A DNA stretch of 64,000 nt, from assembly GCF_009914755.1 (NCBI RefSeq), contig NC_060947.1. The stretch is one strand, 5' to 3'. The stretch comes from the human T2T-CHM13v2.0 reference genome, Homo sapiens. Below are positions 1 to 15,245 of this stretch, piece by piece. Positions within the stretch are counted from its first letter, which is position 1. Each line of letters begins with the position of its first letter. Made by a program: the position numbers and the translations under genes. The notes under the pieces were generated by a model that was not told where the DNA came from, made no database searches, and was given only the letters and a program-made list of their open reading frames with translations.

Positions 1-188
1 TACATCTTTATATCTACGTATTTCAGCAAATAAGGAACATATGGAACCACTCAAATTTGACAATCACAACTTATGATGTATCCCAGAGGATAGAGTTGTA
101 GTCATAGGTGTTGCAATGATCTTGTGCTACTGTTTTCCTTTGTATGTAGTGTCTGGGTCAGTCATAAATGTGAGAAGTTTAGGTATTT

Positions 189-644
189 GAGTTAGTTTGC
201 TAGGGCTGAAGTAACAAAGTATGGCACTCTGGATGGCTTAACAACAAATTTGTTGCCTTATAGTTCTGAAGGCTAGAAGTCCAAGATAAAACTGTTAACT
301 GTATTGATTCCTTCTATGGACTGAAAGTGAAAATCTGCTTAATGCCTATCTCCTGGCTCTTAGTGTTATGCTGGCAATCTTTGATGCTCCTTGGTTTGCA
401 GATGCATCACCCCAATCTCTGCTTCATAGGCACATGGCTAAGATCTTCATATGTGTCTGTTTGTCTCCATGTCCAAATTTCCCTTTTTCATAAGAACACA
501 ATCACATTGGATTAGTATACACCCTAATGACCTCATCTCAACTTCCTCACCTGCAAAGATTGTGTTTCCAAATAAGGTCACATTCACAGTTACTGAGCAT
601 TAGAACTTAAGCATCTCTCAGGGGGACACAATTCAACCCATAAC
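189..644 (-). mobile_element. MaLR solo LTR, MLT1C-like
   Basis: The reverse complement starts GTTATGGGTTGAATTGTGTCCCCC...GTGACCTTATTTGGAAA and ends TAAGCCA..TACTTTGTTAC..CAGCCCTAGCAAACTAAC, the typical MLT1B/C termini. Confidence 0.85.
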
Positions 645-1096
645 GGATTTCTCCTAGGTTAGTATTGTTACTCAGGCGCATGTGATTAAAGGATAGGCCA
701 GAGTCCAGGTTGACTCACTGAGTCAGATGAAGAAACGGCATCTATGCATGAGAAAAAAAAAAGCCATGCATTGTTTATTCTACAATCAAGCATATAATTA
801 TTTTCATAATGAATATAAATCTGAAGTAGGTCCAGAATTTAGAGATAGTACATATAAAAGGACAAAACAACCCAAAGACCATAAGAAATTCTAACTCAGT
901 CTTATTTCACGATACAAACATGTCTCCATTCTTGTAACCAGTGGAAATACAAGCAGCAATGACACAAAAGTGAAATCTAGTAGCCTAGATCAGAGATTAC
1001 TGAAAAATGGAGATTTGGGTCTAGCCAATTAAATGTGATGTGATCCTGAAAGAGAGGCTGCTTTTTGGTGCTTTGATGTTCATTTAAGATTCACTT

Positions 1097-1156
1097 TACA
1101 TACACACAGGCATACACACACACACACATATAAATGCATATAATACACATATATAC
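1097..1156. repeat. (CA)n/(TA)n simple repeat
   Basis: Directly visible, e.g. catacacacacacacacacata. Confidence 0.9.
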
Positions 1157-1179
1157 TTATGGGAAACATACAGGAGACA

Positions 1180-1428
1180 GAATTGCATAGTGGGTTAGCA
1201 CAAGGACTCTGTAGCCATATGGTCTCGGTTTCAATCCAGGCTACAATACTTCCTTGTTGTGTAACCTTAGGCAATTCACTTAACATCCTTGTGCCTTGTT
1301 TTCCTTCCTTGTAAAATGGGTATAATTGTAGTACCTTTATCTTGGAGTTTTAATGAGGATTAAGTAACTTAATATATGTAAAGAGCTTATAAAATTCATA
1401 GTATGCAGCAATAATTCAATAAATGTTT
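1180..1428 (+). mobile_element. MIR SINE
   Basis: MIR core TGTGTAACCTTAGGCAATTCACTTAACATCCTTGTGCCTTGTTTTCCTTCCTTGTAAAATGGG and L2-derived tail TCAATAAATGTT. Confidence 0.85.
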
Positions 1429-2069
1429 ACAGTTGCACATAAATATGTAAAATACATAGATTCATATAAACACATATGTAGTAGAGCCTTGATATTCCCA
1501 AAGTATATGTCCAGAGACTTCCACATATAAGAAATTTATTAACAGCTGCATTATATATTTTATAAACAGTTACAAAATAAAACTTTAGACATTTTATGAT
1601 TCCATGACAACAGGGAAATAATTGGTTATAAAGCTAGAAAATATATTTGGCCACTAAAATAATATTTATACTGTATAATTTTGTAGTATTAACTGATAAC
1701 TTACATAAACCTTCAAACCCGAACCAAAGGTGGTGAGGAAGATCAGCTCATGTAGTAATCTGGGATTCATGAACAGTAAAAGAAATGCAAATACAAGCTC
1801 ATGTGTGCCATTCCACTAGAAACAAATATTCCACTTGAAATTAGGTAGCAAAATATCCTTCACCTTTTTATTAGGCTGTCCCATGATTCAGTAAATGCAC
1901 AGATGACCACCTAGTACATAAATATATCTTTTGGAAGCAATCAGAGGGCTTTTTCTTTCCACCGTCCCAATATTAATATTTTTTTTCTGCCTATATCCAG
2001 AGACATAAACTCCCAGAAAACACTTGGTTAGTTCCCACAAGTAACATGTCATAGGCAAGCATGAAAACA

Positions 2070-2470
2070 AGATACAGAGAACAGAACTCCAACCTAAAAA
2101 TCATGGAGTTTACTGAGGAAGATACCAGAAGCAATAACCAAAGACATGATTAAAGAAACCTTTTCTGAACTTGTGAAAAAGGCAATGAAAAGTGACTTGC
2201 ACTTAGACACATCTTGACCAAAAAGTTGTATTAGGAAGATGAAGAGAAATTTCTACAACCATTCACAGAGAAAATAAAATAGGTTATCTATGAAGCCACA
2301 ACATTAAGCCAGTTTCAAATATCTTAGACACATACTATGTTCCAAAAGGCAACAGATAGACCAATTTTGACAGAATTTTCAAGGAAAATATTGTGGACTA
2401 AGAACTATATACTAATCCAAATTATCTTTCATGTGTAAAGGAACAAAAAAGTCTCAGGTATTCAAAGGCT
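2070..2470 (+). mobile_element. Ancient L1/HAL1 ORF1 remnant
   Basis: Degenerate ORF1 C-terminal motif AAGAACTATATACTAATCCAAATTATCTTTCATGTGTAAAGG; A-rich plus strand. Confidence 0.5.
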
Positions 2471-2667
2471 CATCAGACTCATAGTACTGTACAAAGGCTC
2501 AACTGTACTATGCTGTATGATTCCTCAAAATAAATATTTGGACTATTTGACTACTGCCCATGGTATGAATAAATATTAAGGATTCAGAAACAGAGCAGTA
2601 ACAATATGAAAACACTGATGTCTTCACTACCATAATCAAAGAGTTTAGGGACCAAGCATTAACACTA

Positions 2668-2975
2668 GCAATGCAGTAAAGTATAGTAGAAAGGATATTG
2701 GACTGATTGGGAAATGACCTGTGTTGGAACCTCAACTATATCACGATATTATTTGATTGCAAGTATCAGTAACCTGGCTCAAACTATGTTCATATACCTA
2801 TTCATATTTATATTTACATTAAGCTAGCTTAAGCTACTTTGAGCTAGATTACTTTCCCTGAAACCGCTCTGAGTCTTAGTTTCTTTTTCATAAAATAACA
2901 ATAACAACAACAATGATATCTACATCATTGTCTTACAGTGAGGGAAATAACTAATGTAAGGATATAGAGGCACAA
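2668..2975 (+). mobile_element. MIR SINE fragments
   Basis: CTCTGAGTCTTAGTTTCTTTTTCATAAAATAA..ATAAC core-like sequence plus a degenerate 5' part. Confidence 0.55.
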
Positions 2976-3674
2976 TATAATTTTAAGAAATTGTCATAAG
3001 TCAGCTGGAGTGCTTGTTTTAAATTCTCAGGCTAAAGTGATACCAAGGTTTGTAGTGCGTCCTGTTGAAACAATCTCATTCATGTCATTTGGTACCTTAC
3101 TTCTCTACAATTCTTGTTAAAACAGCATGTCACATCAGACAACATAGTGCTCTTTACACACCGTAAACTAAGAAGCCCTAGATTTATTCAGGTGTTTATA
3201 TGCACCTCATAGTTCTACAGAAAAGGAAATCTTTTGTCTGATTTACAAGATCCTCCAAAATCAAACCATCTTATATATCCACTCTTATTTCTGATTAGCT
3301 TTAATAAACCTTCATTCTAGCCTTGGTTTCTTCATGTAGAAGATGATTCTCACATTTACATCAGAATATATGTGAACTACAATTCTCTTGGTCTAGATTA
3401 CCTGATTCTCTCCCTGTCCCTAAGTCATACTCTATCCTTCTATACATTTCACCTTTGCTAACATAAATTTCCTGATTTTCTAAAACTCCATTTTAAGCTG
3501 AAAATTTAAATAACACAATCACATTATTTATAATATAATCATATTCTCATATTGATTTTATTATACAATTTTGTACTGTATAATTCATTGTTTCATGTGT
3601 ATTTGTATCACATTGAATGTGATACAAAGTGTAATTTCCTCAGCAAGAAAAACATATTCTTCATGAAGAGTTGT

Positions 3675-3920
3675 AAATGATGTGGGAAAATGCTTATTAT
3701 TTGGTGTTGAATGAAAAAGAGCTGGACAAAAGTTATATATATACAGTGTGATCTCAACTATACAAAAATGGATAGAAAGACAAATAGAAGCAAATATGCT
3801 AAAATAATGATACTGTTTTCCTCTGAATGGTAAAGTTATAGGTGACTGCTGTTTTCTGCCTTAAATTTGTCTATTTTACTTTTTAAAATATGGGTATGTA
3901 CCTTTATACTCAGGAAAAAA
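3675..3920 (+). mobile_element. L1ME-type 3' end fragment
   Basis: GGGAAAATGCTTAT...TTGAATGAAAAAG...ATACAGTGTGATCTCAACTAT...TTTATACTCAGGAAAAAA pattern of old L1ME 3' UTRs. Confidence 0.6.
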
Positions 3921-4118
3921 GGTGCTTAACACACATTTTAATTATTCATCCAAAATTTACCCATGGTGAAGATCTGCGCAAGCAAATACTTTAGTGATTC
4001 CTTTAACAGTTGCATTATAGACAGGTTTGAACAGTTTCCTGGCTTTCTCTCAAGTCACATTTCCATTAAGAATTACATGTTTCCTGTGCATATTCTCAAA
4101 CCTCATATTAATCACCTC

Positions 4119-4714
4119 TGTTGGTTAGGATACTTTTGATTTCTGGTGAGAAAAAAAAAAACCCTGACTCAAAATCTAAACTGTCTTGACACAATAAGGT
4201 ATCAATGGGTTTATAGGACAAAGATACCCAAAGTAGGGCTTACTTTGGACTAAGTTTGACCCAGAAATTTAAGATAATTTATCAGGTTTCCAGCTCTGTT
4301 TTCATGCAAATTTCTCATGTTCTCCTCTACCCTCAAACTTTGTCTTCAGGCTAGCTCTCCTCCTGGTGTCAAAAATGGCTGCAATAATAATCCCAAGTTG
4401 AATTTTCAGAGTAATAAACCCAGTGGAAAAGAGAGGCTTCACCCAGCTTCCCAGTAAAACTCCTAAGGTTCATGATGATTATACTGGATTATATCATGTG
4501 CCTAACTATGTCCCAATTATTAGGTGAGTGCCATACCCGGATTGGTTTAGGCCAATCTGTACTCACCATAAACTGAATGTAGAATCAATTTTATATAAAT
4601 TGAATGGTTAAAAATATGAGAGGGCATGGAAAGGATAATTTCTAAAGGAATTTCATGGTATTGTTATATGAAAGAGATAATAGATGCTAGAAAGCAAAGC
4701 TAGGTATCCACTAT
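4119..4714 (-). mobile_element. Old MaLR LTR, MLT1K/J/L-like
   Basis: TGTTGGTTAGGATACTTTTG...CCCTGACTCAAA start, TCAGGCTAGCTCTCC..AAAATGGCTGC middle, GATGCTAG..GTATCCACTA end. Confidence 0.7.
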
Positions 4715-5190
4715 GCCACAGTTTTTTAGCATACAATAATTTTTCTCTCTTTCTTGAACATTTTTGCACTGGTGGAAACAATTTCAGGAGTGAAATTTTC
4801 TTAGTTCCACATCGAGCATAAGGGGTGAATTATTCACATCATACATTGAGCTAACACATAATGTGATGCTTTATTTTTTAATTTACCAAAAACCTATTGT
4901 CCAATCAAGAACTATCACTTTCTTCACTTTCATCTGTCTTTTTGCCATATACCTCTAGCAATAATAGTATGAGTTTTTTCACTTTAAATAATGATTTTTT
5001 TAAAAAGCTAATTAATACTGTACATAATGACTATGGAATTCATTAGTTAAGGACTCACATATATTTTCATCATAGAACATGCGATTTAAATTGTTGCTTC
5101 AGCAAAATAAAAAAAATCGCTAAAGGTAATGACTTTTAGGATGATCCATCAATGATCAAAACTCAGAACACTGTAATCACCTACAATACT

Positions 5191-5268
5191 TTCAATTAAA
5201 CCATATGAAATTAATAATATTTGACCATTTTTGATCTACAAGAAGGCATTTCACATGGCTCAGCCTAA
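5191..5268. mobile_element. MADE2 (mariner-derived ~80-bp MITE)
   Basis: Imperfect palindrome AACCATATGAAATT...TTGACCATTTTTGATCTACA...ATTTCACATGGCTCAGCCTAA matching the recalled MADE2 consensus. Confidence 0.8.
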
Positions 5269-7136
5269 AATACAAACACATATCTGCACACATATATACT
5301 TCTATGTGTGTGCACACGCATATACACATGCATGCTGGTACTTAGGAATACAGTAATATAGTTTGGAAAGCTATAAATGCCAATTTGATCATTTGATCAT
5401 TTCATAGTTTATGCCATGACTGATGAAAAAGAAAAGAATGTGTATGCTCATGGATATACAGAAGAAATGATGCAGTGCAATCCTTTTCATACAAAGGTAC
5501 TTGATAACGAAGCTTTGGTGCTTTTGGTACTTGGTCTTCTTATCTTCCTCTAAATTCAAATCTGCCAAAGCACTTCTTGTGTTTTGTTTTGTTTTTTCAG
5601 TACATTCACTGAGTGATCCTAAATAATCTCTACTAACATCCTCAATTTCCTTCCCTGTCAAAGCAGATAGGCAGTCAGCAGCTGATGACTGGGTGATTCT
5701 ATGATCCCAGCAACAGAATGACAAATCTAGTTTTCTGAGAACGGACAAGCTGATGGAAAGGAATAATTCACATCTGTCCATTGGAAACAAAAAGAAATTA
5801 CCAACACGTTTCCCAAAGCTGTTCAGCTATTAATGATATAAATAGAATCTGACCTGAATGAGAAAGATATATTCAACCAAGTATTTTTAGATATTTTGCC
5901 TGAAAAACACTACAGCAAAAGTATTTATTGCTTCTGTGTCTGGTTTCTGTTTTGGTGATTCAGTTTATCCTAGCCCACAATTTTCGTATTTCCCCTGTCC
6001 TTAGAATCAAAAGCTGGCTAAGTAGGTGTAAAAAGGGATAATTTCTTTGCAAAATTATTTAACAAATACAGCAATCAAATGATCTAGGTAAGAACTAGTT
6101 TTTTACTCATCTTTTCAAGATCTCAAGCAGCCCCAAACTTTAGTGAGCTGCCTTCCTTTCAGAACAGTCCAAAGGAAGAAGTCCCTCTCCAAATTCTTAT
6201 AATTATGAGCCTTCCCTTTAAACTAGCTGTGACTTCTGAGGAGTATCATAGGGAAGACAGGCACCATCCCGGCTACATCGTCTTGGGAAACTTTAATGAC
6301 CACATGATGCCTGCCAGCATCAAAGGAGTAGGTAATGTAGAACTTCACATCCTATTCAAATAGACAACATTTACAGATGTTTATGTAGGCTGTCCTCTTT
6401 TGCACATTAAAAATGTTTCCTGGTCCTCTCCTAGTACATCATTCCCTCTCCTAATTACCATAAAAATCAATATATCATAGAAAGCTGCATGAATTTTATC
6501 TGGAGTGATGAAAGTAAGCACACCTTGATTGCAACATTCATTCAATTTTAGTGATATTTTAACCAAATCACAGCTGTGACTGATATTTTGACTTAACCAC
6601 TGCTAAAGGTTCACAGAGAATATAAATATCTGATTGTTGGTCTCCTTTGCTTTCTTGAGCTAAAACCACTGAAAATCTATGATTGAAATTTATGTTTTTC
6701 TTCTGTTTAAGAGTTGTTTGAAAATTACTTCCTCCGATTAGAGACTAGACACTTAAGGAAATCGTTTATTGCTTAAATAAGATTTTCACAACTTCGAGTA
6801 CTACAGGCAAGTTTTAAAACATTAGTAAAGTAAATAAAAATGATGGTGTGATTTTTAACATCTCTAAGATCCAGGTAAAGATGAAAATACTTAAAGAACA
6901 ATTGAGGAGAGGGATTATATTGTACTTTATCAAAACTGACAGGGAAACGTCTGATTGAAATAACAGCAAATATCCCACTTATAGTGGCAGACCAAAACTA
7001 TATCACAGGATTTCTTTTCCTAGTTAAACAAATAAATTAACAAAAGAAATTTCATAGCAGCATCAATACAGAGACAACAAAACAAACGCTATAAATTTTG
7101 AAACGTGGTAGCCATTGAACTAAAGAAAACATTATA

Positions 7137-9124
<1,988 letters not shown>

Positions 9125-9904
9125 GAAAGCATTATAGCATGACTCTGTGGGGCTTGCAAAAAAATCCATTCTCAGTAAGATGGCAGATAAACAAAATCCA
9201 GACTATTTTCATGAATAAACTCCAATCTGAAGAAATGTGGGTTGGCGAATCCTAGATAACAGTCAATGTAAAATCCGCAAGAGTAGGAGACCATACCTAC
9301 CATCGTTAAGAATGCAGCACATGTAATCAAGAACTCAACACAGACAGGAAATCCTTGTAATTTTCCAGGGTTTCATGATGAAGCCTAGGATTGATCTAAA
9401 GCCCAAGTATATCCTGACAGAGGAATATGATATATTCCCCAAGTTGGTGAACTGGGTACAGACATAGGATATACTATAACATCATAAAACAAACAGCAGA
9501 ATCTAAGCCATCCACACTTTTATATCCCAGCAGTAGTGGAGTTCTTCATCCTTTATCTACCTAAATCTTCTATGCTGCACTTCTCAAAATATACTTGGGG
9601 ATAAGAACAATATATACTTGGAAGACAAAGAAGAAAGTTTTAAATACAATAGGAAAGGAATGAAACACTGTCCATTTGCCTTGTATAGGAGTAAATGAAA
9701 CATATGGACAGAGTTTACCAAGCTCATTATGAGCAATATCAAAAGAAATAGCATAAAAATGACAAAACCTCCTTTTAAAATGACAAATGAAAGTAATACA
9801 ACAAGTGTAGCAGACAGCGTTAGTGCTCCTCCCAGATTCCCTCAAGTCCTTTTTTACACGTTTTTGTGTGTCCTTGGTTTTGATGTGAATTTGCTTCCAA
9901 CAAC

Positions 9905-11050
9905 CAGAATAATAAAATTTGGAAGTCAAAATTACTCATTAGTCCATGGACTGCAGAATGGGTATTGTATTAGTGGGCATGAAAACATTAATCTCTTTGT
10001 ACATCTTCATTCGAGTTCTTGAGTGACTAGGAGCATTCTCAATGAGCACTAATATTTTAAAAGGAATCTTTTCTTCTGGGCAGTAAGTCTCAGCAGTGAG
10101 CTTAAAATATCCAGTAAACCACGTTATAAACAGATGTGCTGCCATCCAGGCTTTGTTTTACTTGTAGAACATAGGCAAAGGGATTTAGCATAATTCTTAA
10201 GGACCCATAGATTTTTGGAATGGTAAATGAGCATTGGCTTCAACTTAAAGTCACCAGTTACATTAGCCCCTACCAATAGTCAGCCTGTCCTTGGAAGCTT
10301 TGAAGCTTTGAAGCTTTGAAGCTAGGCATTGACTTATACTCTCTAGCTATGAAAGTCTTAGTTGGCATCTTCCAATAGAAGGCTGTTTAGTATGCATACA
10401 AATATGTTGTATAGGGCAGCCATCTTATCAATTTTCTTAACTACATCTTCTGGATAACTTGCTGCAGATTACACATCAGTACTTGATGCTTCACATTGCA
10501 CTTTTATGTTACAAAGAAAGCTTCTTTCCTTAAACTTCATGAATCAACTTCTGCTAGCTTACAACTTTTCTTCTGCAGCTTTCTCACCTCTTTCAGCCTT
10601 CATAGAATTGAAGAAAGTTAAGGTATTGTTCTGAAGTAGGTTTTGGCTTAAGGAAATATTGTGACTGATTTGATCTTCCACCTAGACCACAAAAACTTTC
10701 TCCATATAGGTAATAAGGCTGTTTCACTGACTTATCATTCATGTATTCAATGGAATAGCATTTTTACTTCAAAACTTTCAGAGATACAATCGGTGGGGCA
10801 GTCAGAACACACATAACATTTATTGATTAAATTTGCTGCATTATATGGGATGGCTCATGGCACCCCAAAACAATTAAAATAGTAAGACGAAAGATCACTG
10901 ATATAAGACTACTATAATATTAACAGATATAATAATAATAAAGTTTAAAATATTATGAGAATTATCAAAATGTGACACAGAGATATGAAGTGAGTATATG
11001 CTGTTGGAAAATGGTGTTTGTAGGTTTGTTAGATGAAGGATTGCCACAGA
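9905..11050 (-). mobile_element. Tigger1 DNA transposon, internal and 5' part (partial)
   Basis: ORF 9939-10145 ([39 protein letters not shown]...ILQSMD) is the pogo/Tigger1 DDE transposase region; Tigger1 5' noncoding sequence lies at 10795-11050. Confidence 0.9.
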
Positions 11051-11057
11051 CATTTAA

Positions 11058-13337
11058 AAAATCTTCATTTATTTGTTGGTATAAATTTAAGGGACACAAG
11101 GGCAAGTTTTGTTATATGCATGTATTACAAAGTCGTGAAGTCTGAGCTTTTAATGTAACCATCACCTAAATAATGTACATTGTACCCATTAAGTAATTTC
11201 TTACCCCTCACCACTCCCTCCCTCCCAAATTTTTGAGTCTCCAATGTCTACTATTCCACACTCTATGTCAATGTGTACATAACATTTAGCTCTCACTTAT
11301 AAGTGACAATATATGGTATTTGACTTTCTGTTTTCGAGTTATTTCACTTAAGATAATGGCCTCCAGTTTCATCTATATTGCTGTAAAAGACATGATTTCA
11401 TTCTTTTTATGAGTAGTATTCTGTTGTGTATATATGCCACATTTTCTTTATCCAGTCATCTGTTGATGGTCACTTAGATGGATTCCTTATGTTTGCTATT
11501 GTGAATAGTGTTGCAAAAACTATGCAAGTGCAGGTATGTTTTCCAATATGATTTACTTTCCCTTGAGTAGATACCCAGTAGTAGGACTGCTGGATCAAAT
11601 GGTAGTTCTATTTTTAGTTCTTTGAGAAATTTCCATACTGTTTTCCGTAGAGGTTGTACTAATTTATTCTTAGCAAGAGTGTATATGTGCTCCCTTTTCT
11701 CCACGTCCTCACCAACATTTGTTATTTTTTTGACTTTTTGATAAAAGCCATTCTGACAGGTATAAAATGATATCTCACTGTGGTTTTACTTGTGTTTCTC
11801 TGATAATTAGTGGTATTGAGCATTTTTTCACATTCTTTTTGGACATTTGTATGACTTCCTTTGAAAACTTTCTATTCATGTCCTTTGCCCACTTTTTTTA
11901 ACTTTTATTTTAAGTTCAGCGGTACATGTGCAGGTTTACATAGCTAAACTTGTGTCATGGGGTTTTGTTGTACAGATTATTTCAACATCCAAGTATTAAG
12001 CCTGGTACCCATTAGTTATTTTTCCTGATCCTCTCTCTCATTCCACCCTCCTCCCTCCAAAAGGTCCTAGTGTGTGTTGTACCCCTCTATGTGTTCATGT
12101 GTTCTCATCATTTAGCTCCCACTTATAAGTGAGAACATGCGGTATTTGGTTTTCTGTTCCTATGTTAATTTGCTGAGGATAATGACCCAATTTTTGATCA
12201 GGTTCCTTGGGGGTTCCTGTTTTTGAGTTGTTTGAGTTCCTTGTAGACTCTGGATATTAGTCTTCTATTGGATGCACACTTTGCAAATATTTTCACCCAA
12301 TCTGCAGGTTGTCTGTTCACTCTTCTGATTATTTATTTTGCTGTGTAGAAGCCTTTCCATTTAATTAAGTCCCATTTGTCTATTTTTGTTTCTGTTGCTT
12401 GTGCTTTTGAGGTCTTGGTCATAAATTCTTTGTTTAGACCAATGTCCAGTAGTGTTTTCCATTGCTATTTGCTGACGATATGATCTTACATCTAGAAAAC
12501 CTTAAAGACACTTCCAAAAACATCTCTTAGATTTCATAATGAATTCAGTAAAGTTTAAGAATACAAAATCTATATATGAAAATCAGTAGCATTTCTATAC
12601 ACCAATAATAATCAAGTTGAGAAGCAAATCAAGAAAGCAATCTCATTTTCAATAACTATAAAAAATAAAATACCTAGGAACATATTTCACCAAGGAATTA
12701 CAAGATCTCTAACAGGATAACTACAAGACACTGATGAAAGAGATTTTAGATGACACAAACAAATGGAAAAACACCCCATGCTCATTGATCAGAGGAAATA
12801 ATATCATGAAAATGGTCATACTGCTCAAAGCAATATACAGATTCAAGGCAATCCCTATCAAAATACCATCATTTTTCACAGAATTAAAAAAAAAATCCTA
12901 AAATTCAGATGAAACAAAAAAAAGCCCACATAATCAAAGTAATCATAAGTGAAAAGAGCAAAGCTGGAGGCATCACAATCCCTGAACTCAAATTATACTA
13001 CAAGGCTACAGCAGCCAAAACAGCATGGTACTGGTATCAAAATAGACACATAAATTAATGGAATACAATAGATATCCAAGAAATAAATTCACATATCTAC
13101 AGCCAACTGATCTTTGACAGAGTCAACAAAAACATACACCGGGAAAAGGATACCCTTTTCAGTAAACGGTGCTGAAAAATTTGGATTACCATATGCAGAG
13201 GAATGAAACTCAAACCCTATCTCTCACCACATACAAAAATCAACTCAAGATTGATTAAATACTTAAATTTGACCTGAAACTATAAAAATACTACAATAAA
13301 ACCTAGAGAAAATTTTCCTGGAATTGGTCTAGGCAAA
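11058..13337 (-). mobile_element. L1PB3/4-like element with 5' inversion (11058-12460 minus; 12461-13337 plus)
   Basis: L1PB-type 3' UTR (GTGAAGTCTGAGCTTTTAATGTAACCATCACC). The plus-strand part carries the RT FADD codons at 12468-12479. Degenerate TSD CAGACATTTAA/CAAACTTTTAA at 11047-11057 and 13334-13344. Confidence 0.85.
11898..12185 (-). mobile_element. L1PA13-like 3' end nested in the L1PB
   Basis: TTTTATTTTAAGTTCAG.GGTACATGTGCAGG..GTATTAAGCCTGGTACCCATTAGTTATTTTTCCTGATCC; TSD CCCA(C/A)TTTTT at 11888-11897 and 12186-12195. Confidence 0.85.
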
Positions 13338-13406
13338 CTTTTAATTTGTAAAAATAGTGTCTGCAAAGTGCAATAAAATATAGTTCAATAAAATGAGGTA
13401 TGCCTG
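13338..13406 (-). mobile_element. Tigger1 5' terminus (TIR), continuation of 9905-11050
   Basis: The reverse complement reads CAGGCATACCTCATTTTATTG, the Tigger1 TIR, flanked by TA at 13407-13408. Confidence 0.9.
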
Positions 13407-13449
13407 TATTTCTGTCCTTCCTCACACCCCAGTCAATTTGTGTTTTAAC

Positions 13450-13718
13450 CAACAACTGATGTGTGGAAAGAGTACGAAAAGCTTTTTCCTTGACTTGATA
13501 TGAGGCAACGCTTAGGTGTAATGTTCATTTCAGAATCATCATTCAGATTCAGTCTGAAGCAACCCTCTGGGGCTTTGGCTAAGACACATTTTTGCATGGC
13601 TTTTCCCCTTCCCCATCTTAATTCCTCTGGGATTTCCCTGGAAATACTTCCCTCTTTAATAAAATATTTACTCAGGTATCCTGTGATCAGTGGCTTCTGG
13701 AGTTCCCAACTTAAGACA
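13450..13718 (+). mobile_element. ERVL LTR 3' part (LTR16/LTR33-like)
   Basis: TTAATAAAA...TGGCTTCTGGAGTTCCCAACTTAAGACA terminus typical of old ERVL LTRs. Confidence 0.55.
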
Positions 13719-13779
13719 TGCAAAGAAGTTTAAATAATCCAGTGTAAAAAAAGACGTATCCCAATAAAAAAAAAATTCC

Positions 13780-14700
13780 CATAAGTACTTTATGCAATGG
13801 AAGAATTTAATAAAAATATAATTTCAGTAAAATAAGATTTTAGAGACAAGAAAATAAAACACAAGATTGTAATGACAAGGAAAATTATTGAAATAAAAAA
13901 GCAAACCAAAGTTCAAAAACAACACCATTACAGAACTAATAAACATTGATATTCATAATACAGACAAGATATGAATTAAAATCTAATTAATGAAAAAGAG
14001 TAAGTACCTGAGATAATCACAGGGAATCCAGGAAAAAGAAAAATAATAAAGCAATCAGAGGTAAGATTATGGGTATGTATACATGTGTGTGCATTAGGCA
14101 AAGACAATCTAATCAGGAAGACTAAAATACACGCGCGCACACACACACACACATCCTTTTACAAGACAATCCCTCTGAATAAAGAACTGACATGGCAGAA
14201 TAAGATAGCATACCATGTTTTATGAAAATTAATAGAAAAATTGATACAGGAGACTCAAATCAAGGCATAGTCTGGTTGAGTCATAGAATTTCAATGTTAA
14301 AAAGGGAATATTTTTGCATTTAGGCATTAAACAGATTACGTACATGAGGAAAGGTTTGGTTGATATCAGAATTCTCCACAGCAATATTCAATGCCAGAAG
14401 ATGGTAAAGTAATATCTACTAAGTTCTGTGTGGAATAAAGAGTGAGCTAAGTATTTGAAACCTAGCCAAATTGCCGAGCAGAATAAAGGCTACAGAGAGG
14501 CTTAAGCAGGCATGAGCTTAGAGATTCCAGCAACTATTTGTTTTTCTTTTAAAAAAGTACTTGAGAATAAAATATCATTAAATAAAGATGAATAAGATTA
14601 AATATATCAGGAATGTAGACACTGTGGAAAAAGTATTGCTGGTGAAAATTAAGTGAGTAACATAGAACTAAGACTAAAAACTATGGAAATTATTGTTACA
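13780..14700 (+). mobile_element. HAL1/ancient L1 ORF1 remnant
   Basis: TCAGAATTCTCCACAGCAATATTCAATGCCAGAAGATGG...CCTAGCCAAATTG matches the HAL1/L1 ORF1 C-terminal coding pattern. Confidence 0.65.
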
Positions 14701-15156
14701 GAGTTCAATTTTTAAGGGGATTTCAGTCTAGAAAACTTGGTTGAATCACAGTCGTAATAATCAAGGTACCAAACTTGTCTGGGAGCAGGACATGGGAGGA
14801 ATCCTTCTCATAATGACTTATGTTGAAAATCTTAAATTCACAGTCATAACACTATGGTGCCTCTCAAGCTTCTGTAGTTAACAGAGAATCATTTTGCATA
14901 TGTCTATCCTTTCTTCAGTTCATTAAATGTCATATGTGAGATTATAGTACAGTTAATGAATAAGAACTTCAAAAATTATGTAATCCATGTTACTCTGACC
15001 CTTGTTTACACCTGATTATGTAGGATTTTAGTAAATATTGGTTGGATTCTTCCTCTAACATCTCTCCTCCCTTTCTCAAAAATAATTGTATATTCATAGT
15101 GATTTTGTAGCCAAAAATAGAATAGGTTCTTTTGTATCAATGTTTTTGATATTCAC

Positions 15157-15245
15157 AATAATTCCATAATTTACAGATAAAACAGACTCAGAGAGGTTAA
15201 GTGAGAAAGAGGCAGGAAATCAGATTCAAATCCAATGTCTTCTAT
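15157..15245 (-). mobile_element. MIR fragment
   Basis: TTTACAGATAAAACAGACTCAGAGAGGTTAAGTGA...GATTCAAATCC. Confidence 0.7.

Noticed and set aside
5389-5790. 133-aa minus-strand ORF as a gene
   Set aside because: It starts at a non-ATG codon, has no recognisable domain or convincing splice context, and its length is attainable by chance.
9939-10145. TIGD1-like transposase gene
   Set aside because: A short decayed Tigger1 fragment with internal deletion and stops.
10293-10323. GAAGCTTT tandem repeat in Tigger1
   Set aside because: Ordinary slippage expansion with no further implication.
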